From Octopus vulgaris (taxonomy: Eukaryota), in assembly GCA_951406725.2 (NCBI GenBank), contig OX597832.1:54560001-54624000 (forward strand): DNA of 64,000 nt, given 5' to 3'. The position numbers were made by a program, and so were the translations under genes. The notes under the pieces were generated by a model. That model made no database searches, was not told the DNA's origin, and saw only the letters and a program-made list of their open reading frames with translations. Positions 43,609 to 58,385 of this stretch are shown piece by piece (position 1 is the first letter of the stretch; every line of letters starts with the position of its first letter).

Positions 43609-43879
43609 TTCTGTAAGTGCACTCCATAGTATTATTATATAAATACTTACGCGTCTAACTTCGCCTAAACGCGTTAAATACGTACGCACGAACTCACAAG
43701 TTGGCACCGATATATCTTTTGTTTCGTAAGTTTTGAATTATTCCTTTAAAGATAAAAGTTGGATTTTGACAAAGAATCACAGTTTCGTTACTGGAAATGA
43801 GATAAAAGAGTTACATAGAGAATTTTAGGAAAGTCTTATATATTTTCACTGATTCGGTTACCAAATGTGTTTGTAAAAT

Positions 43880-43947
<68 letters not shown>

Positions 43948-44385
43948 AATCCCTTCATATCTCTGTCGCCTAATCTATCAATATGCTTTTAGCATGAAAA
44001 ACTAAACATCCAGCAAGACATTGTCTGTTATTCCGTTATTCTCTAATTCTGTTATTCACTTATACGATTTTCATATATTTTCGATATTCTTTTGATATCA
44101 CCTCATTTAATCAATATCAGCTTCTCTCACTGCTATAAACCGCATTTAACTGCAAAAGCACTAACTATGTCCATGATTTAAACTAAGTTGCTTGAAGTAT
44201 ATCCATCACATTAAATGCATATGTATACAAGCAAGTATGTACACCCAGAAACACATATAAGTACGAACATGTAAGTACGTATGTATGTATGTATGTATGT
44301 ATGTATGTATGTATGTATGTATGTATGTATGTGTGTGTGTGTGCACATGAATGTATATGTGTGTATACTTACATACATAAATAGA

Positions 44386-44417
<32 letters not shown>

Positions 44418-44481
44418 ACATACCTGTATATAATGTATATTATATGTATATATTTATATATATGCGTCTGTGCGTGTGTGA

Positions 44482-44525
<44 letters not shown>

Positions 44526-44662
44526 GTAGATATATAGCAGATATATATAAGATATATATAATATATGTTTTATATATATATATATATATAACACATATCT
44601 GTATATAATGTATATTATATATATATTTTTATATATATGCGTGTGTGAGTGTATGTGTATCA

Positions 44663-44756
<94 letters not shown>

Positions 44757-45147
44757 TATATAGTAGATATAGATATAGTATATATATATAATATATGTGT
44801 TATATATATATCTGTGCATATCTGTCTTTATATATCAATATGTGTGTGTGTGTGTGTGTGTGTGTATGTATTATGTATGTATGTAAGTATATGTATGCAA
44901 TTGCACAAAACGCACACACATACACATGCATATATAATCGCGTGGAAGCTCCTTCGTTGGCTCATCTCTCTCTCTCTCTCTTTCTCCCTCTCCCCCCTCC
45001 ATCCCATTTTCCCTCTCTCCCACTCTCTCTTTTAATAACAATCTAAGTATGAAGAAATAAAAATATTTCAATTTAATATCCGTATTGAGGTTTATAAGTG
45101 TCTTACTTTCGTTGTATATTCCCCGACTTATCGATTTCGATCAATAA

Positions 45148-45330
<183 letters not shown>

Positions 45331-45550
45331 CATACATATATATATTGGAAAATGATGGTCTCTCCTCTGCTGACTGATCTTCAGCGACATACTATTGAAA
45401 AACTAACATCAGCAGCCGCGATCTAACGATATTTTCCATAATTTTATCCCTTCAGTTCGACTTTTATGGAGTTTTTTAATTGATCGAATTAAAGTGAGTT
45501 TGTGCAATGACCCAGTAACTCTTTGGATGTCAGGGTAGAATAGAGGAATG

Positions 45551-45599
<49 letters not shown>

Positions 45600-45691
45600 G
45601 GGTGGCGGGGGATTTCTTTTATATCTATGTGCATATTTAAAGATTGACGCATGTTAATATTATTAGAAATGTATGTACGTATATGTGTGTG

Positions 45692-45820
<129 letters not shown>

Positions 45821-46234
45821 TTGTATATGCGTGCTATTTGTGTGTGTATACACGCATCGAAACATATATCTATATATGTGTGTGTATGCTTGTGTGTACT
45901 CCTTCAACATGTAACAGAAAGATACATTTATGCTTCAAACGGGTATCGTTTTTTTTTTTCTTTTTGTCTTGTTCCTTTTCTGCTTTTCTTATTCTACTTC
46001 GATAAACGGTTCATCCGAAACATCAGTGTATTTTATTCCAATTTTTCGGCGCCCTATTCACTGTGCACAAATTTTATTGTTACTTTATCGAGTGTTTACA
46101 TTTTGTCCATAACACTTCGAACTGTTTTCTGCCTGTTATAACCTGTCACAAAGCCCTACTGACCGCTCCTTGATACTCTCGTTCCAGTTGTGTTATTTCA
46201 CGTATATATATATATATATATATAGAATAGAATA

Positions 46235-46262
<28 letters not shown>

Positions 46263-46268
<6 letters not shown>

Positions 46269-46394
46269 TTCAAAGACAAGTGGCACTTTCCTTCTTTCTG
46301 CCTGTTTTCTCTTCTCTCTCTCTCTCTGTCTTGAGAGAGAGAGAGAGAGAAATAGGCAGAAACAAGGAAAATGCCCCTTGTATTTGAACACTAT
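46263..46394. repeat. Imperfect fold-back hairpin (~60-bp arms) abutting (TA)n
   Basis: atagtgttcaaa/tttgaacactat, tttcctt/aaggaaa, tttctgcct/aggcagaaa, then (CT)n/(GA)n inner arms. Confidence 0.85.
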
Positions 46395-46579
46395 GCAAAT
46401 ATTCTTCTAAAAAACTTTTCTTTTAATTTTTCCAAAATCTAATTGTTTTCCATACTTACATTTGAAAAAAGTCTCAATGACTGAAACCGGTACTGAAATG
46501 TTTTTTATAAAGTTATTTTAGTATTTCCAATCTTAACTTTTTTACCATTTATATCAACTCGTGTGTTCCTTTTCAACCT

Positions 46580-46631
<52 letters not shown>

Positions 46632-46669
46632 TATATATATATATATATTTACTTAAAAACTTCTATAAC

Positions 46670-46976
46670 TCCGGCTGACACTTCCAGCAGTCATCTTAAT
46701 CTTTCTTGTCATAGGCACATGTTATCGGTCTTTTTTTGCCGAACTGCTAGCTTAAACACACCGACTCTGATTGACAAGTGGTGCTAGGGAATAAGCCCCC
46801 ACACACGCACACACACGCACACATACATACATATATACATATCCGACAGGCGTCTTTCAGTTTCCGTCTACCAAAGGCTTTGGTCGGCCCGAGGCAATAG
46901 TAGAAGACACTTGTCCAAGGTGCCACGCAGCGGTACTGAAACCGGATCCATGCGGTTGGGAAGCACGCCTGCGCCT
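46670..46976 (-). mobile_element. SINE-A, diverged with deletions
   Basis: Head and core recognisable. Confidence 0.75.
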
Positions 46977-47028
46977 GGAAAATCCAGTAAAATCCAGTTG
47001 ATTCGATGTAACACACAGCTGTCGTCGT

Positions 47029-47703
47029 CTTCTTCTTCTTCTTCTTCTTCTTCTTCTTCTTCTTCTTCTTCTTCTTCTTCTTCTTCTTCTTCTTCTTCTT
47101 TTTCTTCTTCTTCTTCTTCTTCTTCTTCTTCTTCTTCTTCTCCTCCTCCTCCTCCTTCTTCTTCTTCTTCTTCTTCTTCTTCTTCTTCTTCTTCTTCTTC
47201 TTCTTCTTCTTCTTCTTCTTCTTCCAATCAGGACTCATGCCATTAGCCACAAAGAATAATCTCTAATTCGAGCCTACTCCAAGCTACTAAGAATGCGTGT
47301 GGCAACTCGAAGATCCACCCACCACACGCGATAGACTGGCAGTTGCACGGGCGCAAAAGCTACGCTGTCATCCTTATTCCGTAAACGGTGGCTTTTAACG
47401 GGTGGAGAGCTGAACCATCCTTGGGTAGAGAGGATTCGCAATCTAGACTAGGGTCTGAAAGTTTACCACACCATAGTGGGTTACACCATGGTTCTTCTGC
47501 TTTGTAGCAGAAGTAGGAAGTAAAAGTGAGAGAAAGCTGTGGTGAAAGAGTACAGCGGGGTTTACCACTAACCCCCGCCGGAGCCTCGTGGAACTTAGGT
47601 GTTTTTGCTCAATAAACACTCACAATGCCCGGTCTGGGAATCGAAACTGCGTTCTTACGAGCGCGAGTCCGCTGCCTTAACCACTGGGCCATTGCGCCTC
47701 CAC
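47029..47703 (-). mobile_element. SINE-C (tail type 3) ending in a long (GAA)n
   Basis: SINE-C head at ~47600-47703 and a unique ~290-bp 3' region; a closely similar copy lies at 58871-59574. Confidence 0.88.
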
Positions 47704-48419
47704 CTCCGTTGCTGCTGTCTGTTTCAACCGTCCGTCGCTGCTGCCAATGCCGCTCCTGCGACAATCGCCACCACTGCCGCTGCTGTCACCGATGCCATCG
47801 TAGCCGCCGCTGCCATCGTAGCCGCTTCTGCCGCCCTCGTTTTCGACGCTGTCGCTCGCCACTGTCCCTACTGTTGCCGCGGTCGTCGCCGCCGCCGCCA
47901 CCACCACCACCACCATCTTTTCACCAATCACCACAACAAAGGGATGGAGAGCAGCGCATGACGATTTCAATGCTGGTTGTGGTGGGGTCGGGGGCTGTGG
48001 TGGGGTCGGGGGCTGTGGTGGGGTGCACTGTTGCAGACGATTCTCCAATCGGACAAAAATTCCGATCAAATAAATACGACAAATCGTTACAATTGGGTCC
48101 AATTGTCTGAGACTAGATGAAGAAAATCTCATTAAATTTCTTGATGTTGCTAGGAATAAAATCACGAATCTCAAATATCTGTGGCCAGCTATATTGTACT
48201 TGATGGAGCCGTTGCTGTTGTTGTTTACCAACTCAGGTCAGTTTTCAGCCAGAAGGCCAACGAACAAAGGTGCTCAAGCTGTGACCTACACGTGTTTTGT
48301 TGTTCAGACATGGCGTTCACAAGACAAAATTATCCAAAGTTACTGTATTTTTTAAGACTTGAGAAATCTTGTTCAACAAATTAATTTTTTTTTTTAATAA
48401 TTTCTCTTTTTAAATATTA

Positions 48420-48582
48420 GGCGCAAGCATGACTGTCTGCTAAGAAACTTGCTTCCCAACCACATAGTTACGGGTTCAGTTCCAGTGCGTGGCACCATGG
48501 GCAGGTGTTTTCTCGGACCAACTAAAACCTTGTGAGTGGATTTGGTAGACGGAAACTGAAAGAAGCACGTCGTGTATATATA

Positions 48583-48651
<69 letters not shown>

Positions 48652-48870
48652 GTGTGTGTGTGTGTTTGTGTCTGTGTTTGTCTGCCACTACCACTCAACA
48701 ACCGATGCTGGTGTGTTTACTTAGCGGTTCTGCAAAAAACACCTATAGAATAAGTGCTATGCTTTAAAAAAAATAAAAACTCCTAGGCTTGATTTGTTCA
48801 ACTAAAACCCTTCAGGTCGGTGCCCCAGCATGACCGCAGTCAAATGACTGAAACAAGTAATATATAAAAG
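48420..48870 (+). mobile_element. SINE-A, full length, diverged
   Basis: Head, core, microsatellite and tail. Confidence 0.85.
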
Positions 48871-49974
48871 ATTCATGAGTTATTAAAAAAAAGCAAGTTG
48901 TAAACAGTTGTAAACAGTTCCAAAATATTTTGAATATTTTTTTGTCGTTGCTGTTGAAAATAATGGAATTCATAAACTATGGGAAACAAGAAAAGATGAT
49001 ACGTAAATAAAAGTGTCTTGTATTTTACCCCGTTGAACAGAGAGATATTTAGCTGTTATTTCTAATTGGTCAGCCAATTATGTAGAAGGCCACTCACAGG
49101 TTCGTACTCTTACTGATCTAAATCACTTGGTTAGTGGATCAGGACCAGCACCGGTGCCGAGATGTGAACCGTCAGTCTCATATTGCATCTCTACCTTGTT
49201 GTCACTACAAACTTCTCTCCCTTGTTTTTCTTGAGCAGAATTATCATTAAAAGCAGACGACTTCTCTTCAGCTAAAAGCAGACGATTTCTATTCTCATTA
49301 CGAACGGAATTTCTATTGATTAAAAATTAATTCTGATTCATTACAATACATATGTTAAACTGCACTTAAACATTTACAAGCTTTAATTATTTATATATTT
49401 TTCAATATATTACAAATTTATCAATATATTTCAACAGAACTGAATAATAAGAACATAAAAAAATAAACATTTATTTAAGTAATTCATATCAGATAATAAT
49501 ATAACAAAATATTACATATATATTTTATCGCTTTTCTATTTTTTTTCTTCGTTTTATCAGTTTTCTCAAAATATTACATTGGTAAGGTCGACAAGGGTGA
49601 GAAACACGTCTGCTATCTTCGCCTTTGCACAGAAGTAAACAAGTAAAATTGAAAACATTCACTAAAAATAAATCGAAAAACCAATACAGAAGGGAAAATA
49701 CTATAAAATCTATGAAAACTCTATTAAAAACATTACTTTCTTTCAATTTCTCTCTCTGTTTCGTTCTGTCTGTCTGTCTGTCTATCTGCCCGTCTGTTTC
49801 TCTGTCTGTCGCTCTCTCTTATTTTCTCTCTCTCTCTTTCTCTCCCTCTGACTCTCTTTCGGTTGAATATATTCAATATAAAGAAAGATTAACTGATACA
49901 CACCAACACGGATATACATCTGCACATACATGCATATACACATACATCTATATATCTATCATACACACACATAG

Positions 49975-50021
<47 letters not shown>

Positions 50022-50057
50022 TACATATATATATATTCGTTTATACACATGCATATG

Positions 50058-50094
<37 letters not shown>

Positions 50095-50226
50095 ATACAC
50101 ACACATAACATTCATGCACATACGCATGCATACATATATGCATACATACGTACATACATATATACATATTTAAACATAGATATATGCAGATATAAACATA
50201 CATACATACATACATACATACATACA

Positions 50227-50262
<36 letters not shown>

Positions 50263-50751
50263 TGAGTACATACATTCGCCATTAATAGAATACTCTTCAA
50301 GAAACAAGTGAATATCCTCGCTGCAAATATCAATATATGTAAAGAACAGCTTTCGCAATATTTAGAGAATTGGTGGTGTAGTTTACACGTAATATCCAAA
50401 TACTCGCAACAGACAATCGTACGTATCGACTGAACGAAGTGCAGACTTCAAATTCATTTGAACCAGATTGGTGGTGGTGGTAGTGGTGGTGGTGGTGGTG
50501 AAGTAAAGACTAGGAAGTGAGGTAACGGCCAAAGAGCTAAAGAACTAATCGGGTGTGAAGGAAATGAAGAGCGATATATTCAGAGACAAGTGCAAAAGGA
50601 GAAGAGGGGTAGTGGGTTGAGTTGATAAATAAAGAGGGTAAACAACATGGTGGCTACGTGAACTGCATGTATGACAATATGGCGTGTACACTCATGGTTA
50701 GCTTATGTAGAAGAAACTGCACGCACCATTATACGACCAGTCGGAGTGTGG

Positions 50752-50782
<31 letters not shown>

Positions 50783-51058
50783 TGTATGTATGTATGTATG
50801 TATGTATGTATGTATGTATGTATGTATGCATGTATGTATTTATGCATGTACGTACGCACGTACCTGTATGTGTGTGTGTGTATATGTGCGTATGTATGTT
50901 TGTACTTATGTATATATGGATATATGTGCTACGTATGTGTGTATGCATGTATGCATGTATGTATGTATGCATATATATATATGTATACATGCATGCATGT
51001 GTGTATGTATGCATGTATCTATATATACATCTATGTACGTACGTATGCACGTAAGTAC

Positions 51059-51089
<31 letters not shown>

Positions 51090-51284
51090 TGTATGTATGT
51101 ATATATGTATGTATGTATGTATCTGTGTGTGTGTGCAGATTTGTACTTTTTGTTTTATGTATGTCTTCTCATGCATAAAGTTGCACGCTCATATATATTC
51201 AATTGATAAACATCTGTAAAGTTTTACAGATTTTTACTATTCCAGTGATGGACTGCATCTGTAGTCTTCGAATTAGAAGACTTT

Positions 51285-52810
51285 CCAATATCAAGTAAGT
51301 TGTTGGAGAACTGTGCGGCTAACGGGTCACCATGAATGTGAACCCTCATGCTGGTTGTCAGAATAAGCTGCTTGACATTTTGCCAGATCTATGAGGACTT
51401 GATGCAAGCTCTCAGCTCATCTGCCCTTGTTCTTCTGGGAATGACAGGTTTGCCTGAAGTCACCAGCCATGAGGAGGGTGATACCACCCATGATCTTCTT
51501 ATTGTTTCTCAAGTCTTGTAGAGTTCTAACAAGCGCTTCAAAGGCTGTCTTATGGGAGATTGTCACGTCATCCCAGACAATGAGTTTTGGCATCTGTAAA
51601 GAGCTTTGCTAATGCTGTATTCTTGGATATGTTTCATAAAGGAGATTCATTTTGGATGAGGTTCAGAGGCAGCTTGAATGCTGAATGGGCTGTTCTTCCA
51701 TCTGTTAGGAGTGTGGCTGCAATTCCAGAGGATGCAATTACCACAGCAATCTTCTTCTTCTGTCTCACCTGGCAAGGAGCAGGTTGATCAACAATATCTT
51801 TCCTGTGCCTCCAGGAGCATCTAAGAAGAACCCCCCCCCACCAGTGTTATTGTCCACAGATGTAAGAACTTGCCTGTATACCTCCTTTTGATCCTGTACC
51901 AGAATTGGTTCCTATTCATTGACAAATCTCTTTTACTCTTTTACTTGTTTCAGTCATTTGACTGCGGCCATGCTGGAGTACCGCCTTTAGTCGAGCAAAT
52001 CGACCCCGGGACTTATTCTTTGTAAGCCCAGTACTTATTCTATCGGTCTCTTTTGCCGAACGCTAAGTGACGGGGACGTAAACACACCAACATCGGTTGT
52101 CAAGCAATGCTAGGGGGACAAGCACAAACACACAAACATACACATACATATACATATATATACATATATACGACAGGCTTCTTTCAGTTTCCGTCTACCA
52201 AATCCACTCACAAGGCATTGGTCGGCCCGGGGCTATAGCAGAAGACACTTGCCCAAGATGCCACGCAGTGGGACTGAACCCGCAACCATGTGGTTGGTTA
52301 GCAAGCTACTTACCACACAGCCACTCCTGCGCCTAATTTTCCATGTTGTATGATGTTTCCCTGATTAGCCCTTGTGCTAATCTATGTTGAACATCTCTGA
52401 CAGGAGCTGGAAAACCAGAAATTTCAAGTTTGTTTCCACCTGGTGATTGAACCTTGTCGTCTATTAATCTTAATGCCTTATTGAAGATGTCATCATAGAA
52501 CGTGATATCACCATCACACTGATATTGAATTTTCTGAAGAATGTCTTCAGAAAGCCCCTCCTTGTTTTGTACCAAAGTTGATTTAAATTTGACAATCCAC
52601 AGTTCACCAGCGGGATGGAGAAGAGGTTTCTCAGCTCCATAGGAGATTTGCACATTTGTGCCTCTGTCAGAGTGACATCCCAGTGTGCATCATCTTCCAG
52701 AAGAGCTATGAGAAGGCAAGCCCGGCAATTATTTGACATACTGTGTTATCAACCGTATGTAAGGCTGTAAATGATGTGTGTCCCTTGACATGGTGTAATA
52801 GAAGCCTTAG
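51285..52810 (-). pseudogene. Helitron RepHel fragment (Pif1-family helicase), decayed and split by SINE-A
   Basis: Minus-strand frames give LLEDDAHW...LRNLF, FFLDAPGGTGK (motif I), ASSGIAATLL..GRTAHSAFKLP, LIVWDD, GDFRQ and LTTSMR, with stops and frameshifts. Confidence 0.92.
51929..52333 (-). mobile_element. SINE-A, full length, nested in the Helitron
   Basis: Interrupts the helicase reading frame between YNMEN and RFVNE. Confidence 0.95.
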
Positions 52811-52894
52811 ATAGATAGGTAGAGAGAGAGAGAGAGAGAGATAGAGATATAGATAGACAGAGATAGATAGACAGAGAGAGATAGAGAGATATAC

Positions 52895-53144
52895 ATAAAG
52901 AGATATGTTACACCACTGAAGCTAGAAAACCGGAAGTAAACATTTTAAAAACTTTCAAAGACGTGAACGTAATATAATAAGCAATATTTTTTATTTATAA
53001 TAATTGTTAATAAAATCAAATCAAATCAACAGCCTATTATTTGTCCGAGATCAAATTATTCATGCATCACGTGTATGAACGCAATGGGTGGAGCCATTTT
53101 CGAGAGAAAAGTGAATACGCACATATTTCTATTTTTCTATTATT

Positions 53145-53147
<3 letters not shown>
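52895..53147 (-). mobile_element. Probable Helitron 5' terminus
   Basis: Minus strand reads A|TCTAATAATAGAAAAATAG, a TC start after A, in the correct orientation upstream of the RepHel fragment. Confidence 0.45.
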
Positions 53148-53200
<53 letters not shown>

Positions 53201-53301
53201 TGACAGGGAAGATAACTGCCCTATGACCCTTTCTCACAAGGCATCATCACACACACACACACACATATATATATATACATCCTTGGAATATTTCTCTTTA
53301 T

Positions 53302-53389
<88 letters not shown>

Positions 53390-53399
53390 TTGTATATTC

Positions 53400-54000
53400 T
53401 TTTATTCTTTTCTTTGACTTGTTTCAGCCAACTGACTGTGGCCAGCTGGAGCACTACCTTTTAGTCGAAGAAATCGACCCCTGGACTTATTCTTTGTAAA
53501 CCTGGTGCTAAATTACCGGAACGTAAACACACCAACATCAGTTGCCAAGCGACGGTGGTTTGGGTGGTGCGCAAACATAGACATAAACACACACACATAA
53601 TCATATATACATACATATATACGACGGGCTTCTTTCAGTTTCCGTCTACCAGATCCACTCACAAGACTTTGGTCAGCCCGAGGCTATAGTAGAAGACACT
53701 TGCCCAAGGTGCCACGCAGTGGGATTGAACCCGGAACCATGTAGTTAGGAAACCAGCTTCTTACCATACAGCCACTCCTACGCCTATATATCTTTTATCT
53801 TTCATTTGTGCCAGTCTTTTGCCCGGCCATACTGGGGCACCGCCTCAAAGGGTTTGAGCCAAATCGACTTATTTTTTGAAGCCTAGTGCTTATTCTATCG
53901 GAATCTTGTGCCGGATGTTAAGTCACGAGGACGTAAACACACCAAGACTGGTTTTCAAGCGATGTTGGAGGATAAGCACTTATCCTAAGACACCCACACA
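53400..54000 (-). mobile_element. Two SINE-A copies (53400-53784 near full length; ~53790-54000 old)
   Basis: Matches to the SINE-A consensus built from this window. Confidence 0.8.
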
Positions 54001-54140
54001 CGGAGATATATACACATACGCACACACACATATCTATATACATACACACACATAATATATACATATACGTATATACATATTCATATATACATGTGTATTA
54101 CATATATATCCGCATATAATATATATATATGATATGCATG

Positions 54141-54199
<59 letters not shown>

Positions 54200-54203
54200 A
54201 AGT

Positions 54204-54252
<49 letters not shown>

Positions 54253-54299
54253 GGGATGCTGAAAAGCTCCTGGCTTTAAGGATATCATGAAAGGCTTGA

Positions 54300-54497
54300 T
54301 TCGCCATGATAGATCGCTAACCACTACACATTCTTTATTTTCTTTCCTTGTTTCTTTCTGTGTTCCTTTCTGTGGAAGAGCGTAGGCTCGAAACGTTAAA
54401 GACTTTTTCACTTCCCGAGCGTTATACTAATACATCTGTCTGCTGTCTACACCACCTGTCATCGTCTTTTGCTTTTCTTTTTGTTAATTCTTCCAAC
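54300..54497 (+). mobile_element. HH-U6 repeat, copy 5
   Basis: cttt-CTGTGGA-a-gagc-gtag-gctc-GAAA-c-GTT-aaag at 54366-54401. Confidence 0.82.
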
Positions 54498-54499
54498 AA

Positions 54500-54532
<33 letters not shown>

Positions 54533-54598
54533 GATAGATAGATATTGCGTACATGCATGCACATACCAGGATATAAACACACAGAATCTATATATCTA

Positions 54599-54693
<95 letters not shown>

Positions 54694-54694
54694 T

Positions 54695-54762
<68 letters not shown>

Positions 54763-54868
54763 TGCGTGTATGTGTGAATGAAAGTACGCGTATAGATATG
54801 TATATGCACATTTGTGGGTGACTGCGAGTCTATGTATATGTATGTATGCATGTATGTATGTATGTATG

Positions 54869-54899
<31 letters not shown>

Positions 54900-55284
54900 G
54901 CATGCATGCATGCATATATATATATATATATGTATTTATGTACGTATGTACGTACGTATGTATATATATATATATATATATGTACGCTCGTGGGTATGTA
55001 TGTATGTGCGTATTTGTGAATACGTGTGTGTCTTTTATCGCCTAAGAGGAAGATTGTTTGAGAAACAGACCTCTCTCATGAAGTAAAAGTAGAGAGAAGT
55101 GTAAGAGCGTAGCGAACCATGAGGTAATGTAGCCATGACAACGTATGCTGTCATAACAACAACAACAACGATAGATAATAAGGAACATTTTTCTACACCT
55201 ACACACACGCTCATCTATATATATATATATATATATATACATACATGCACACACATATATGTATATGTATACATATGTATATAC

Positions 55285-55320
<36 letters not shown>

Positions 55321-55343
55321 TTTCACACATACATTATATATCA

Positions 55344-55390
<47 letters not shown>

Positions 55391-55527
55391 CATGTATATA
55401 TACGTATATATGTAATACATACGCACACGCACACATACATACGTGGACACTCACACACACATACATACGTTATTTATACGTTCATACATATATGCACACA
55501 AACATAAATACATACATACATACATGT

Positions 55528-55564
<37 letters not shown>

Positions 55565-55656
55565 TGTATATATGTATATATATGTATGTATGTATGTATA
55601 TATATATATGTATATATATATGTATGTATATATATATGTGTATGTATGTATGTATG

Positions 55657-55702
<46 letters not shown>

Positions 55703-55725
55703 CATATATATATATATATACATAT

Positions 55726-55820
<95 letters not shown>

Positions 55821-55992
55821 GTTTTTTATTGTTTTTTTTTGTTTTGTTTTGTTTGCTTATTGACCTTATCCCTGCTGCTATCATCATGTTCAACATCAAT
55901 ATTCATTCCACATGAACATCATCACCATTCTTGTTGTTAACGTTGATGCACACGTTCTTGTCGTCATCACCATCACCATCATCACCATCATC

Positions 55993-56023
<31 letters not shown>

Positions 56024-56138
56024 CCACTATCGCTTTCCCCGGCTCAGAATCTTCCTCTCTCCTTTCACGCTCCGGCTGATGATTGTCGATAATGCTTACC
56101 GCTGTTTCCTTGACGCTGTTGCTGTTGTTGTTATTATT

Positions 56139-56194
<56 letters not shown>

Positions 56195-56195
56195 T

Positions 56196-56230
<35 letters not shown>

Positions 56231-56231
56231 T

Positions 56232-56287
<56 letters not shown>

Positions 56288-56366
56288 TGTAGTAGTAGTA
56301 GTAGTAGTAGTAGTAGTATTGGTAGTAGTTGTAGTAGTAGTAGTTGTTGTTGTAGTAGTAGTAGTT

Positions 56367-56398
<32 letters not shown>

Positions 56399-56477
56399 TG
56401 TAGTAGTAGTAGTAGTAGTAGTAGTTGTAGTAGTAGTAGTAGTAGTATTGGTAGTAGTTGTAGTAGTAGTTGTTGTT

Positions 56478-56527
<50 letters not shown>

Positions 56528-56530
56528 AGT
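56139..56530. repeat. (GTA)n microsatellite
   Basis: Seen directly; source of the poly-V ORF. Confidence 0.97.
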
Positions 56531-56827
56531 AATTGTTATTATCGTTATCCTGCTGCTGCTGCTACTGCTGCCTGTTGTACTGACGACGGCGGCACAGTGT
56601 CAGCGGTGATGGTCGTGGTATTGCTAGATATAAAATGTTGTTGTTGTTGTTTCGGTTGCCATTGCTATTTTCAAATTGACGTGTGTGGGTGGTTTTGGAC
56701 ACCAATCCTCTGCGATCACTCTTAAATACTCTCGTTGCTCTACTGTAGCCTTTGTTGTTGTTGTTGTCATTGCAGTTCTTGTTGCTGCCGCTGTCGTCTT
56801 CATCGTTGTCGATGTTTTTGTTGTTGC

Positions 56828-57431
56828 CTAGCGGTATTTCGTCTGTGTTTAGCCCCTTGTGGGTAGTAAAAAAAAATAGGTATTTCGTCTGCCGCTACGT
56901 TCTGAGTACAAATTCCGCCGAGGTCGACTTTGCCCTTCATTCCTGTCGGGGTCGATTAAATAAGTACCAGTTACGCAGTGGGGTCGATGTAATCGACTTA
57001 ATCCGTTTGTCTGTCCTTGTTTGTCCTCTCTGTGTTTAGCCCCTTGTGGGTAGTAAAGAAATAAGTATTTCGTCTGCTGTTACGTTCTGAGTTCAGATTC
57101 CGCCGAGGTCGACTTTGCCTTTCATCCTTTCGGGGTCGATTAAATAAGTACCAGTTACGCACTGGGGTCGATATAATCGACTTAATCCGTTTGTCTGTCC
57201 TTGTTTGTCCTCTCTGTGTTTGGCCCCTTGTGGGTAGTAAAGAAATAGGTATTTCGTCTGCCGTTACGTTCTGAGTTCAAATTCCACCGAGGTCGACTTT
57301 GTCTTTCATCCTTTCGGGGTCGATTAAATAAGTACCAGTTACGCACTGGGGTCGATATAATCGACTTAATCCGTTTGTCTGTCCTTGTTTGTCCCCTCTA
57401 TGTTTAGCCCTTTGTGGGCAATAAAGAAATA
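56828..57431 (+). mobile_element. SINE-B tandem multimer (one deleted unit plus three ~184-bp units)
   Basis: Unit starts (gtatttcgtctg) at 56880, 57065 and 57249. Confidence 0.92.
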
Positions 57432-57956
57432 AGGATGATCTAGCGGGTGAACGGGAAGGACTCTGATTAGTTCCCTATCAAAAGAGGGGTTAGACAGGGC
57501 TCGGGTAACCACCCCGCCCTCTTCAGTTGTGTCATCGAGTATTTGATGACCAAGGCCTGTGAGTGAGTCTCTGGCGTTACCTTCGGGTACCACCCGTTAA
57601 TCGAGAAACAAAAAACAGGAGAGAACACTTGTCCTTAGTGTTCAGGGAAGTCTTGGATGGTGAGGTTCCTCGACTGGCCCTTGGGGTCGCCTTATCATTA
57701 TCCTCCTTGTTCTCTCTTTCAATGATGTACACCACGTATACATCCATTTTTTTCTGTAAAAATATTATGTACCACGTGTTCCACATTTAGTTAAAAAATG
57801 TACACATTTAGTTAAAAAACCAAAATGTTTCCCTTCATCATTCTATGTAAATTCCTTTTCTATCTGCCTAGGTATTGTCTTCTTTGTTCGTCGCCCTGGT
57901 GGCAAATAAAATAAATTATTATTATTGAATGTGGTGTTGCTCAATCGGTTGTTATA

Positions 57957-58383
57957 AGGCTGCGAGCTGGCAGAAGTGTTAGCACGCCGGGCGAAATGCT
58001 TGGCGGTATTTCGCCCGCCGCTACATCCGGAGTTCAAATTCCGCCGAGGTCGACTTTGCCTTTCATCCTTTCGGGGTCGATAAATTAAGTACCAGTTACG
58101 CACTGGGGTCGATATAATTGACTTAACCCGTTCGTATGTCCTTGTTTGTCATCTCTGTGTTTAGCCCCTTGTAGGTAGTAAAGAAATAGGTATTTCGTCT
58201 GCCGTTACGTTCTGAGTTCAAATTCCGCCGAGGTTGACTTTGCCTTTCATCCATTCGCGGTCGATAAATTAAGTACCAGTTACGAACTGGGGTCGATGCA
58301 ATCGACTTAATACCTTTATCTGTCCTTGTTTGTCCCCTCTATGTTTAGCCCCTTGTGGGCAATAAAGAAATAAAGAAATAAGA
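57957..58383 (+). mobile_element. SINE-B dimer
   Basis: Full head plus two bodies. Confidence 0.92.
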
Positions 58384-58385
58384 AG

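Noticed and set aside
47979-48025. G-rich 18-bp tandem repeat with G-quadruplex potential
   Set aside because: Short local duplication within low-complexity DNA, with no evidence of function.
48074-48355. Open frame with an LRR-like peptide (IKFLDVARNKITNL)
   Set aside because: Single motif, preceded by a stop, no convincing splice acceptor, and the frame runs into what looks like an old repeat.
54249-54300. Short mariner-TIR-like fragment
   Set aside because: About 50 bp with no partner end or coding sequence; too little to call.
56828-57431. Regular repeat array resembling CRISPR
   Set aside because: The units are 184-bp contiguous SINE bodies with no unique spacers and no cas genes, in eukaryotic DNA.
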